Shown in pieces: positions 1 through 8,638 of a DNA stretch of 60,841 bases (positions are counted from its first letter, which is position 1; each line of letters starts with the position of its first letter). Under the pieces are notes generated by a model. The model saw nothing but the letters and a program-made list of their open reading frames with translations, ran no database searches and was not told where the DNA came from. The translations under genes and the position numbers were made by a program. This DNA comes from an uncultured Candidatus Saccharibacteria bacterium (GTDB taxonomy: Bacteria > Patescibacteriota > Andersenbacteria > UBA10190): assembly GCA_964372635.1 (NCBI GenBank), contig CAYJQW010000006.1, positions 1 through 60,841 of the forward strand. Direction: 5' to 3'.

Positions 1-46
1 TTGCTTTGTTCGGTATGATGGTGACAAAAAGCACATTGCAAAAGAA

Positions 47-643
47 TTGGAGTCGATACGAGTCAACAATCAAAACTTTTGGCAGTATCGCATTGAGATT
101 ATGAAAAACAAAAAGGAGAAGTACATCTCCTGGCCTATGAATCATATGCGCCTCTTTTGCTTGAATGGAACAACCGGCCTATTCCAGCTATGGGAAATCA
201 GTTTGGTATCCCAAGACGGCAATTTTTATTTATGCTGTCAGCAGGGACGTGGTGGCCAGTGTTATCAAAATGATGGCCGCCTGATTTGTCCGGAATATGA
301 AAACTGGGGCAGTATGCACCATTTGATGTTTCGATGGCATGAGACAACAGAATTTCTTAAACCCATTGCACAATACACGACCCCTAAGCCTCCGGCTGCA
401 CTCAACGGATTACCTGATAACCATGCAAGGATCGAATGGTACAACCTGGCTCGAGGCATGGGAGTCATTACGACAACCAAGGGTGCAGCCTATGTGCACC
501 ATACTGAGATTGTTCATTCAGGATCGCCCTGTTTGAGAGAACTCCCGAATCAAGGTGTTGTCTCATTCAAGGAGCTACGCAGTCCAAAGAGCAAGCGTAC
601 ATCGATTCCACTAGAGGCAGTTGGAGTAAAGTTGCTTACTTAA
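47..643 (+). CDS. hypothetical protein with cold-shock-domain-like C-terminal segment; possibly 5'-truncated by the window edge
   Basis: Long ORF. The frame is stop-free from nt 2, so the TTG at 47 is only a nominal start. I recognise no family for the Cys/Trp-rich N-part. The last ~70 aa (ARIEWYNLARGMGVITTTKGAAYVHHTEIV..QGVVSFKEL..EAVGVKLL) follow the CSD pattern W-[FY]-N..[KR]G.G.I...V[FH]...G..VSF. An intrinsic terminator follows. Confidence 0.5.
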   Translation: MESIRVNNQNFWQYRIEIMKNKKEKYISWPMNHMRLFCLNGTTGLFQLWEISLVSQDGNFYLCCQQGRGGQCYQNDGRLICPEYENWGSMHHLMFRWHETTEFLKPIAQYTTPKPPAALNGLPDNHARIEWYNLARGMGVITTTKGAAYVHHTEIVHSGSPCLRELPNQGVVSFKELRSPKSKRTSIPLEAVGVKLLT

Positions 644-661
644 AATACCTAAGCCAAATAA

Positions 662-687
662 CCCGACCACGACCTGGCCGGGTTTTT
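662..687 (+). terminator. rho-independent terminator
   Basis: Stem CCCGACCA/TGGCCGGG (one mismatch), 5-nt loop, then TTTTT. It starts 18 nt after the stop at 641-643. Confidence 0.65.
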
Positions 688-692
688 CTATG

Positions 693-721
693 TTGGCATT
701 TTGTCACTTAAAAAGTAGTCT
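693..721 (+). promoter_or_regulatory. sigma70-like promoter of the GT4 gene (leaderless geometry)
   Basis: TTGGCA (693-698), 17 nt, TAGTCT (716-721). The -10 ends 6 nt before ATG 728. Confidence 0.5.
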
Positions 722-727
722 TAAAAC

Positions 728-1840
728 ATGAAAATTGCTTTTGATATTTCTGACCTGGCAACGGGGCGAGCTGACGGAACAACTCGATACACCAACGAAA
801 TTGCCCAAAGATTGCCGAAGCTAGCTTCTGATCACAACTGGAATTATTTAGCCCCTAGAATTCCGGCGTCATTAGTCAGCTGTCAGCTACCTAATGTTAC
901 ATGCCAGGAAAGTCCATGGCCAAAATATTGGACGCAACTGCGGTTACCTTTTGAGCTAATGCGTTTTAAACCTGATGTTCTCTTGATGCCTATTCAGCAA
1001 ATCCCATATTTCCGTCCGAATAATTTTAGAACCGTTGCCGTAGTCCATGATCTTGCCGTCCACAAGTATCCTGAGCAATTTACTTATAAAGACTGGGTCC
1101 TGCTGCATATTTTTAGTGCTTATGTGGCGCGTGAAGCCGATCAGATTATTGCAGTTTCTCAAGCAACAGCGGACGACATCAGACGTTATTACGGTCGAGT
1201 TAAAAACGTCCATGTGATCCATCATGGTCTTGACCACACGCAGTTTCGAGAGCCAAGTTTAGAGGAGAGGGCTACCTCATGGGCCAGATTAAACACTCAA
1301 TACCGATCTTTACGCCGGCCATACATTTTATTTATTGGTCAGATCCAGCCGCGAAAAAACATTACGCGCTTAGTGTCGGCATTCGAGCAAGTATCGGTAA
1401 AAAGGCCTGATTTACAATTAGTTATAGCTGGTTCTCACGGCTGGCTACAAAAACCTATCCTTGAGGCGGTGCGTACCTCACGAGCACCCTTAAAAATACT
1501 ATTACTAGGGCGAGTTTCTGATAATCTATTGCCCGCACTCTATTGGAATGCAGAATTATTTGTTCTACCAAGCTTATATGAGGGTTTTGGTCTGCCGGTA
1601 CTAGAAGCAATGGCTTGCGGATGCCCGGTTGTAACATCAAATGTTTCATCACTGCCTGAAATTGCCGGCTCAGCCGCCATTTTTATCGATCCACAAGATG
1701 TGGACTCAATTAAGGATGGTATTATTCAAGCTATGGAAAAGCCTAAAGACCTGGTATCACTTGGTCTAAAACGAGCCAAGCAGTTTAATTGGGGCAAAAC
1801 TGCACGTCAGACACTCGATGTTATATTGGGGGGAATATAA
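728..1840 (+). CDS. glycosyltransferase family 4 (GT-B, group 1)
   Basis: 370-aa ORF with the E-x7-E signature EGFGLPVLEAM and CGCPVVTSNVSSLPEIAG, typical of the GT4 C-terminal Rossmann domain. Confidence 0.85.
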   Translation: MKIAFDISDLATGRADGTTRYTNEIAQRLPKLASDHNWNYLAPRIPASLVSCQLPNVTCQESPWPKYWTQLRLPFELMRFKPDVLLMPIQQIPYFRPNNFRTVAVVHDLAVHKYPEQFTYKDWVLLHIFSAYVAREADQIIAVSQATADDIRRYYGRVKNVHVIHHGLDHTQFREPSLEERATSWARLNTQYRSLRRPYILFIGQIQPRKNITRLVSAFEQVSVKRPDLQLVIAGSHGWLQKPILEAVRTSRAPLKILLLGRVSDNLLPALYWNAELFVLPSLYEGFGLPVLEAMACGCPVVTSNVSSLPEIAGSAAIFIDPQDVDSIKDGIIQAMEKPKDLVSLGLKRAKQFNWGKTARQTLDVILGGI

Positions 1841-1918
1841 ATTTCTGGTAGAATTCAGTAGGAAGAAGTTCTTTCTAAAATATTAAACAGTGCACTTTTC
1901 AATTAAAGGACCTGCTCA

Positions 1919-2272
1919 ATGGTTAGTGAAAAAATTGTCCGTATCATTTTTACACCGCGATTTGGCATTAGACCTACTGAAAGTAATCGTCATTTTTGGC
2001 TGGCAAATAAAGAAATTCCCTCACGGCAGCAAATTTTTGCCACATGCATTGGATGTGGATCGGCAAGTGTGACAGCTATCCACTGTCAATTTGATGATGT
2101 ATGTTTTGAATCCCATACCGTAATTCAGTGCGATTCTGAGCATGGCTGTGGGGCTCGTGTAGAACTCCTTGGTATTGTCAAAACATATGGGGAGCTACTT
2201 AAATTGGCCGGTGACTTCTATGATCGGTCTACCAAAGTGCCATTATTAATGCCGGCAAGAATGATGGCTTAG
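1919..2272 (+). CDS. hypothetical small Cys-rich protein (117 aa)
   Basis: ATG preceded by AAAGGA. Contains CIGC, a lone C and C-x5-C (CDSEHGC), a possible metal-binding set. Ends 21 nt before a terminator hairpin. No family recognised. The overlapping 60-aa ORF 1890..2072 in another frame is less likely. Confidence 0.45.
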   Translation: MVSEKIVRIIFTPRFGIRPTESNRHFWLANKEIPSRQQIFATCIGCGSASVTAIHCQFDDVCFESHTVIQCDSEHGCGARVELLGIVKTYGELLKLAGDFYDRSTKVPLLMPARMMA

Positions 2273-2292
2273 GCCTCTCACTAAAATTACAT

Positions 2293-2318
2293 CCCCCTGG
2301 TTTATACCCGGGGGTTTT
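2293..2318 (+). terminator. rho-independent terminator
   Basis: Stem CCCCCTGG/CCCGGGGG (one internal mismatch), 6-nt loop TTTATA, then TTTT. Confidence 0.55.
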
Positions 2319-2358
2319 GCATTATAGACTGCGCTAGCGCTAGTGTAGACTTTTAGCT

Positions 2359-3267
2359 ATGGACCAAGTTGCCATTATAATTGTGAACTGGAATACTGGC
2401 TCGCTTTTGGCGCAATGTATTGGCTCGCTACAGAGAGTTGCTGACATCAATCGGATAGCCAAGGTTATCGTTATTGATAACGCCTCACGCGATGATTCCA
2501 TCGGGCAAGCTCAGGCAGCTCGAGACGGAACCTTGAGAGTTGAATTTATTTCTCTGAAAGTAAATGAGGGATTTGCGGTTGCAAATAATATCGGAATTGC
2601 AAAAATTATTTCAGACGGTTTTATAAAGGAGCACTTCCTATTACTTAATCCGGACACGGAGGTAATATCCGGCGCTGTCACTAGTTTACTTGATGCGCTG
2701 GGTCGATATCGGAATGTGGGCATTGTCGGACCAAAGTTGCTCCATGCAAATGGTTTTCGTCAGGACTCGGTGCGTCGGTTTCCAAAACTGCTGACTTTAG
2801 TATGGATACTTCTTAAACTGCACCGAATCTTACCAAGAGCTCAGGTATGGCAATCATATATAGCTTCTGATTTTGATTATAATAAAGAAAGTATTGTTGA
2901 GCAGGTCATGGGAGCGGCGTTTCTAATTAGACGATCAGTTTGGGAAAATGTTGGTTCTTTAGACGAAAGGTTCTTCGTTTGGTTTGAAGAAGTTGATTAC
3001 TGCTTGCGTGCTCGGGGCGAGGGATGGTTGACTCTTTATACTCCGCGTGCAAATGTCTTGCATTATGGTGGCGCAAGTTTTAATCAATTGGTCGGACTTC
3101 GCCGTAGTTTGCCTTGGATTTCAAGTTTGATAGTTTACGCGCATAAGCATTTATCTAAGCCAGCTGTTGCGCTTTTATGTCTGTGTATTCCGTTAGCAGT
3201 ACTTCTTATTATACCGGCCGCTCTGGTTCATGAGTCAGTACGGACTAAAAATAAGGATATTTTATGA
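2359..3267 (+). CDS. glycosyltransferase family 2 (rhamnosyltransferase-like subfamily)
   Basis: IIIVNWNTG...VIVIDNASRDDS, LLLNPDTEV (DxD-like) and FFVWFEEVDYCLRA motifs. A C-terminal TM helix is present. Confidence 0.85.
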   Translation: MDQVAIIIVNWNTGSLLAQCIGSLQRVADINRIAKVIVIDNASRDDSIGQAQAARDGTLRVEFISLKVNEGFAVANNIGIAKIISDGFIKEHFLLLNPDTEVISGAVTSLLDALGRYRNVGIVGPKLLHANGFRQDSVRRFPKLLTLVWILLKLHRILPRAQVWQSYIASDFDYNKESIVEQVMGAAFLIRRSVWENVGSLDERFFVWFEEVDYCLRARGEGWLTLYTPRANVLHYGGASFNQLVGLRRSLPWISSLIVYAHKHLSKPAVALLCLCIPLAVLLIIPAALVHESVRTKNKDIL

Positions 3268-4712
3268 ATATAAATTTTTCAGTTGTCTACATTTCACTTG
3301 GCTTAGTCATAGCCCTAGTCATGGCTGCACTTATTAGCTTGCAGGCTGGTCTGTACGCTAGTTTTTTCCTGGTTTTGTCGTGGTGGGTATGGGAAAACAA
3401 TACAAAAGGGTTCTTCTTTTTTTTAGTCATCGCTCCGCTTTTACCGATTCTTAAAATTACTCAATCGATCGAAACGATAACTCTATTAAAGGACGTCATC
3501 ATAATTTCACTTTTTACCAAGTTGTACTTCATACCGCTATTAACTAAGAGACTGGCCTATAGACGCTCTGCTCTAATGATACCAATAGTTCTTCTTATTT
3601 TTTGGACAGTCGTCAATGTCGGACGATCTGACTCGATGATTCTTGGCGTGCTGCGAGCTCGCGATATTTTACTTTATCTATTACTCTATTTTGTTGTTCT
3701 TTACATGCCTAAAGAAAAAATATTTTACGGTATTGCTGCTCGCTGGTTTTTATCCTCAGCCGCCATTATTACTATGCTTGGCATTTACCAGTGGTTTTTA
3801 ACACCTGACAGTGCGGTCTTACGTTTTGATCCAGCCAGGTCAATCTGGATTCCTAGAATTTCAAGTTTGTTGGCTCATCCCAGTGTTTTTGGGCACTACT
3901 TATTAGCCGTAAGTACACTTTTATTTGCCCTAGTTTTGACTGGGGTACAAAGATTCAGGGTGTGGGCCATTATTTTTTTACTTGGCCTAATGCCATTAGT
4001 TTATTTAACGTATTCCCGAGCGGTCTGGCTTGGTTACGCTATTGCCCTGTTGACCATGAGTGGTACTTATTTTTGGTCGAGGACGTCATGGACGAAATTC
4101 AATGCTATCTTTCAGCCCCGAATTGTCGTTATGAGTTTAATGACTTTAATTTTAGTGCTGCTTGCGATTTTTAAGTTTACCAGTGTCGGAGTTTTTCTAA
4201 AATCATCGATTGATCCGGCCTATGCTAGTAATGCTGAGAGGTTATCCGTAGCGGTTCGTCTCATCGCTCCGCTGACAAATATGGAAGCCCTTGTCGGGCG
4301 GGGACTTGGCAATGTAACTGAGCAAGTTTTTCGAGAGACTCAAGTTAATAGCTTCGCCATTGCCAGTGGTGCTAGCCAAGAAATCCGACAAGCAAAAGAT
4401 ATGACCTTAGTAGATAATCAATATTTGAAAACATTTATTGAACTTGGCTTGACCGGAATACTTCTCTACATCTGGATCTTTGCGATGTGTCTTCGATTAT
4501 CTTTCCAGTTAGTTTTAGAGAACCGCACGCCGACCACAGGAATTATTGGTCTGTGCGGTCTAGGATTTATTAGCGCCTTCATTGTGCAAGGTTTTTTTAT
4601 TGATGTTTGGGATATCTTCCCAACCAATGCATTGTTTTGGATCTTGGTTGGGCTTATTACCGTAGCGTCACAACCGAGTTTTCCTGGCGGTAAATCTAAT
4701 GAACGTGTTTAA
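3264..4712 (+). CDS. O-antigen ligase/polymerase-like (Wzy_C-type) polytopic membrane protein
   Basis: 482 aa with more than 10 hydrophobic helices and a large loop after YSRAVWLGYAIALL, typical of the Wzy/WaaL family. ATGA overlap with the upstream GT2 suggests translational coupling. Confidence 0.6.
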   Translation: MNINFSVVYISLGLVIALVMAALISLQAGLYASFFLVLSWWVWENNTKGFFFFLVIAPLLPILKITQSIETITLLKDVIIISLFTKLYFIPLLTKRLAYRRSALMIPIVLLIFWTVVNVGRSDSMILGVLRARDILLYLLLYFVVLYMPKEKIFYGIAARWFLSSAAIITMLGIYQWFLTPDSAVLRFDPARSIWIPRISSLLAHPSVFGHYLLAVSTLLFALVLTGVQRFRVWAIIFLLGLMPLVYLTYSRAVWLGYAIALLTMSGTYFWSRTSWTKFNAIFQPRIVVMSLMTLILVLLAIFKFTSVGVFLKSSIDPAYASNAERLSVAVRLIAPLTNMEALVGRGLGNVTEQVFRETQVNSFAIASGASQEIRQAKDMTLVDNQYLKTFIELGLTGILLYIWIFAMCLRLSFQLVLENRTPTTGIIGLCGLGFISAFIVQGFFIDVWDIFPTNALFWILVGLITVASQPSFPGGKSNERV

Positions 4713-5728
4713 AAACCTCTTTGGACTTTACGCCAGGTGTCAGTTGCCCATAGGGTCCAATAGCCGGCAGAGAACGGTAAATCTCGAGCGTGCATATAAT
4801 CTAGAGCTTGTCCACCAAAGCCAGTCTTGAATGTTGTAATGCCAGTGAAGGGATGTTTCGGCTTGTTATCAGGAGCAATTCCCCAGAAGTTATAGTAGAG
4901 AAGACCGCGACGCTTGGCCTCTTTGATCGCCCCCCATTGCACAAGTTGGGCAGCAGGCACAGAGCTTGGTAGCCGAAGTGAAGCGCCGTGATAATAAAAC
5001 GCCGTCTTACCATAGATCGGACAAATTGCCGCGGCAACATCAGATCCCTGGTATTGAGCAAAAACTGAGAATATTCTATCCCGATCGCTAAACAATTTTA
5101 ATTGCAGCTCAATTAAATCCCGCGACCAAGGAATAAAGCTATGGCGGTTGCGAGTTTGCTCAGACAGTGGCCAAAATCGATCACCGGCAGAGTCACCAGC
5201 TACGGTTTCAATATTAATACCAGCGCCTTTAGCTTTATTGATGGCATGTCTGGTCGTCTTACGCATATTGTTGAATAAGTAATTTTCGGTAGCTGTGATA
5301 TCAAGTAGCCAGGTTCTTTCGGCATGCACATGCAGCGGAGCTAATCTAAAACCGAGCTGTTTGAACAATTTGTCATTCTTGGTAGTTGAGAGTAGTAAAG
5401 GTGCGATGCGAAGCGCTACTACCCGTTCGCTGGTACTTTTGGCCTGCAGATAATCAATTAGTAAGGGAAGAACGGCGTCAAAGGATTGTTGATCAGCTAA
5501 GATGGGGCCGTGGGGAATTAGGTAATGACGTCCTCGACGAGCGTTTACAGTGATGACTAGGGCTACACCAAGAAGTAGACCATTCTCATAGATACCTAGA
5601 TAACATGTATCCTCTCCACTGTGTGCTTGGACCTGCCCCCACTCCCAGGAATGAAGAAAAGTATTTGGCAATAATGGCAGGATAAAATGCTCCCAGGTTT
5701 GCTGATCATTGATTTCTCGAATTTCCAT
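4709..5728 (-). CDS. FemAB-family peptidyltransferase (lipid II interpeptide-bridge type)
   Basis: 339 aa. Size and motifs match Fem/MurM-type proteins: YLGIYENGLLLGVALV, AAICPIYGKTAFYYHGAS, QWGAIKEAKRRGLLYYNFWGI. The stop codon overlaps the stop of the convergent Wzy-like gene. Confidence 0.7.
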   Translation of the reverse strand: MEIREINDQQTWEHFILPLLPNTFLHSWEWGQVQAHSGEDTCYLGIYENGLLLGVALVITVNARRGRHYLIPHGPILADQQSFDAVLPLLIDYLQAKSTSERVVALRIAPLLLSTTKNDKLFKQLGFRLAPLHVHAERTWLLDITATENYLFNNMRKTTRHAINKAKGAGINIETVAGDSAGDRFWPLSEQTRNRHSFIPWSRDLIELQLKLFSDRDRIFSVFAQYQGSDVAAAICPIYGKTAFYYHGASLRLPSSVPAAQLVQWGAIKEAKRRGLLYYNFWGIAPDNKPKHPFTGITTFKTGFGGQALDYMHARDLPFSAGYWTLWATDTWRKVQRGF

Positions 5729-5779
5729 AAACTTATAAAAAATTTACTCTTAGTTAACGTCTCGCGAACTATTTTTAGC

Positions 5780-7045
5780 TCAAGACTTCACAAAGCTAAT
5801 AACACGGTCTACATCAGACCTTGTCATTAGAGGATAAGTTGGCAAATTAATAGTTTCTTTCGACAGCTTTTCCGCAACAGGACATGATCCGATTTTATAA
5901 TGGCTTATGTCAGATTTGCTAGGAGAGCAAGGTGTAACTGGAGTGCTGTACCAGTCACCCAAGAGTATACGGTGACGCCGCGCTTTCATAAGTACGTCCG
6001 AAGCATCTTTGACACGGTAGGGAACACGAAGCCAAGCAGCGTTATCGAGATTTTTTATTATCTCATCTGACAATTTGAGCGCTTCGGCATAAAGGTATGC
6101 CACGCGCCGGCGATGTTCAGTATAGCGGCGCAACTTTTTCACTTGTTTTAACAGCAGGGGCGCTAAAGCCGGTGAGAACTGCCAGCCAAGGAAATTTGGT
6201 CTGTCACCCGTTTTTTCTTGGGCTGATACAGCCAGGCTGAGGATTTTTAATTTTTGAACAATCACAAGAAGAATTTTGCCAATGCCGCCTTTAAAATATA
6301 GCGGCACAAGAATTGATAACAGGATGGGGTGTAATAGTTGTTGCACATTCCACCACACCGGCGGTAAGGGTAAAGCCTTCTGGCGCGCTCTTATTTTTCC
6401 GATCAATTTTGCGTTTTTACTTACCACGGCGCCACCAAAGATACTTGATATTGTCTTATCACGTCCAAAACTCAAAATTGCCAGATCGCCAAGCGTGCCC
6501 AAGGGATTGGATTCTTGCCATCCGCCGAAACTATGGGCGCAATCTTCAATTAAAAGGATACCTTTTTTCTTAGCAATTTCACGTAAAGCAATCACATTGG
6601 CTGGCAGGCCGAAAGTATGTTGCAAAATGATGGCCTTAGTTTTTGGTGATATTTTATCTTCGACCGAACTTGGATCCAGGTTATATGTTGTTTCTTCAAT
6701 GTCAGCAAAGACTGGTGTTGCTCCAGTCCAAACTACCGCCGCTGGTACAGCCAGACACGTAAATGCTTGGACGATAACCTCATCCTCCACCCCAATACCA
6801 AGACTTTGCAGAGCGTAATATAATGCAGCTCGCCCAGAGCTTGTTAAAACACAAGATTGGCCGGCCATTAGCTCTGAGATTTCATGTTCAATATTGACGC
6901 AAAAATTGTCATTTTTCCAGCGCCATGATTGCAGAAGTGTTCGCCAAGCAAGGCGAATATCGTCTGGCTCTGTATTAGGTGATAATGAAATGACAATAGG
7001 TCGCATAAAATGTAAGCATGAGAAAAACCTGATACGACGGATCAA
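5780..7045 (-). CDS. DegT/DnrJ/EryC1/StrS-family PLP-dependent sugar aminotransferase
   Basis: Fold-type I aminotransferase pattern (EVIVQAFTCLAVPAAV, LIEDCAHSFG) with the active-site Lys context LSFGRDKTISS. The true start is probably Met14 (ATG at 7006, MRPIVISLSPN), not 7045. Confidence 0.8.
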   Translation of the reverse strand: MIRRIRFFSCLHFMRPIVISLSPNTEPDDIRLAWRTLLQSWRWKNDNFCVNIEHEISELMAGQSCVLTSSGRAALYYALQSLGIGVEDEVIVQAFTCLAVPAAVVWTGATPVFADIEETTYNLDPSSVEDKISPKTKAIILQHTFGLPANVIALREIAKKKGILLIEDCAHSFGGWQESNPLGTLGDLAILSFGRDKTISSIFGGAVVSKNAKLIGKIRARQKALPLPPVWWNVQQLLHPILLSILVPLYFKGGIGKILLVIVQKLKILSLAVSAQEKTGDRPNFLGWQFSPALAPLLLKQVKKLRRYTEHRRRVAYLYAEALKLSDEIIKNLDNAAWLRVPYRVKDASDVLMKARRHRILLGDWYSTPVTPCSPSKSDISHYKIGSCPVAEKLSKETINLPTYPLMTRSDVDRVISFVKS

Positions 7046-8638
7046 CTATCTAAGCACTGCCCGGCGGACACTTTTCGGTAATCTTCCGGCCAAGAGCATA
7101 ACGGTATCTGGGTGCAGCATGGCAATTAGTTTGGCTTGAAGTTTATTTGGATTACTGATAAAAGAAATTGTTGCTTTTGATTCTTTAATAGTTGCAAAAC
7201 CAGCCATAATATCATGGCGATAGTTTACACCGGCAACAATGGCTTTTAAACCAGATCTCGCAATTTGTTGCCCAATCTGTCGGTGTGTGGTCGCTGCGGC
7301 CGAGCCAAGTTCAATAAGAGGCATCAAGACAACAATTTTCGACTGCTGAGGGAAACGACTAAGATGATTAATCGCGTCCTGCACGCTGGCAGCATTGGCT
7401 GAATAGCTATCGTCGATAATTGTCGCACCCCTAATAGCGGATCGCAGTTCCATAGTTTTAGGTACAGGCTTAAGTGTATGTAGCGCTTCGGCTATGTCTT
7501 TAGGTTGTAAACCGAGTGATAACGCCAACGCGCAGGCCGACAAAACACTCATTAAACTACCCTCACCAAGTAAGGGAATAATGACCTTAAAAGTCTCTCT
7601 TCTAATATGAAGCTGACACGATATTTCTTTTGATAGAAACTGCAAGTGCGTAATGTAAACATCAGCTGGTTTTTGCGCGGAATACCAGACAATACGCCTT
7701 TTTTCATGTCGAGCCATTTTTCTAATGCGCTGGTCATCGGCGTTGAGAACGGCAATACCATCAGCTGGCAATCCGGCAACTAATTCCCATTTCGCTTGCA
7801 CCAGTTTCTCTTGAGTGCCAAAAAGTTCCAGATGTTGATTACCCATAGCGGTGATGGCGCCAATTTGGGGTTGAGTAAGTTGAACCAGTTCAGCAATCTC
7901 GCCGCGTCTGTATGCTCCCATTTCGACAACATATATTTCTGTTTGCGACGAAAGAGATTTAAGCATGTGCTGGGCGACTGGAAACACAGAATTTAATCTC
8001 TTGGGTGTCACTAAATGGGAGCAGCCGACATAACTGAGAATTTGGTGAAGGAAAAATTTTGTCGAAGTTTTACCAAAACTTCCTGTGATACCAACCACTA
8101 CAAGATTTTTTTGATCATGACGCAAACGTGTCGCGGCAGCTATCATCTTACGTTTGCGTATATGCGTGACAATATTGACGAAACCAACGCTAAAAGCCGT
8201 CACGATAGGAGCTAATAGTATTATTGTCGTCCACTGGACCGAAATCACGATTTGAAAGGTAAGAACATAAATAATTGGAATAATTAACCCAAGTCCAGCT
8301 AGGGTGCCTATCAAGATTGCCTTGGGTGTGAAGCATGGTCGATAAATACCTCGCTGCTTGATTTTCATGACGTGATAAACTGTTAATATGCTCAGCGCAG
8401 ACAACCCAAATGCCGATGCCGATATGTCGTCCCCGTAAATAAACATTGTCCAACCCCCAGCGATCATAAATAAAGCGACAAATAAAATGCTGGCATACTG
8501 ATTCACAGCAGTGTCACGCAGATAGGCCCGTAGGCGATCCAACCGATATTCCTTGCGCTGCCACAGTTCGACCTGTGACAATAAAGTCAGCATGACGATC
8601 GTCATGCCAAGAATGTTCACAAAAATAGCCCACATCAT
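7046..8638 (-). CDS. murF: Mur-ligase family protein, MurF-like central and C-terminal domains fused to an N-terminal 5-TM membrane module
   Basis: P-loop GITGSFGKTST lies at aa 184-194. Mur ligase middle-domain and C-domain motifs are present (NADD, DDSYNAN-like IIDDSYSAN, LMPLIELG..HRQIG). The first ~160 aa are five hydrophobic helices instead of the soluble MurF N-domain. Confidence 0.75.
   Translation of the reverse strand: MMWAIFVNILGMTIVMLTLLSQVELWQRKEYRLDRLRAYLRDTAVNQYASILFVALFMIAGGWTMFIYGDDISASAFGLSALSILTVYHVMKIKQRGIYRPCFTPKAILIGTLAGLGLIIPIIYVLTFQIVISVQWTTIILLAPIVTAFSVGFVNIVTHIRKRKMIAAATRLRHDQKNLVVVGITGSFGKTSTKFFLHQILSYVGCSHLVTPKRLNSVFPVAQHMLKSLSSQTEIYVVEMGAYRRGEIAELVQLTQPQIGAITAMGNQHLELFGTQEKLVQAKWELVAGLPADGIAVLNADDQRIRKMARHEKRRIVWYSAQKPADVYITHLQFLSKEISCQLHIRRETFKVIIPLLGEGSLMSVLSACALALSLGLQPKDIAEALHTLKPVPKTMELRSAIRGATIIDDSYSANAASVQDAINHLSRFPQQSKIVVLMPLIELGSAAATTHRQIGQQIARSGLKAIVAGVNYRHDIMAGFATIKESKATISFISNPNKLQAKLIAMLHPDTVMLLAGRLPKSVRRAVLR

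Noticed and set aside
6276-6818. 180-aa and 86-aa plus-strand ORFs inside the DegT gene
   Set aside because: They are antisense to a confidently identified aminotransferase, low-complexity, and have no motifs.
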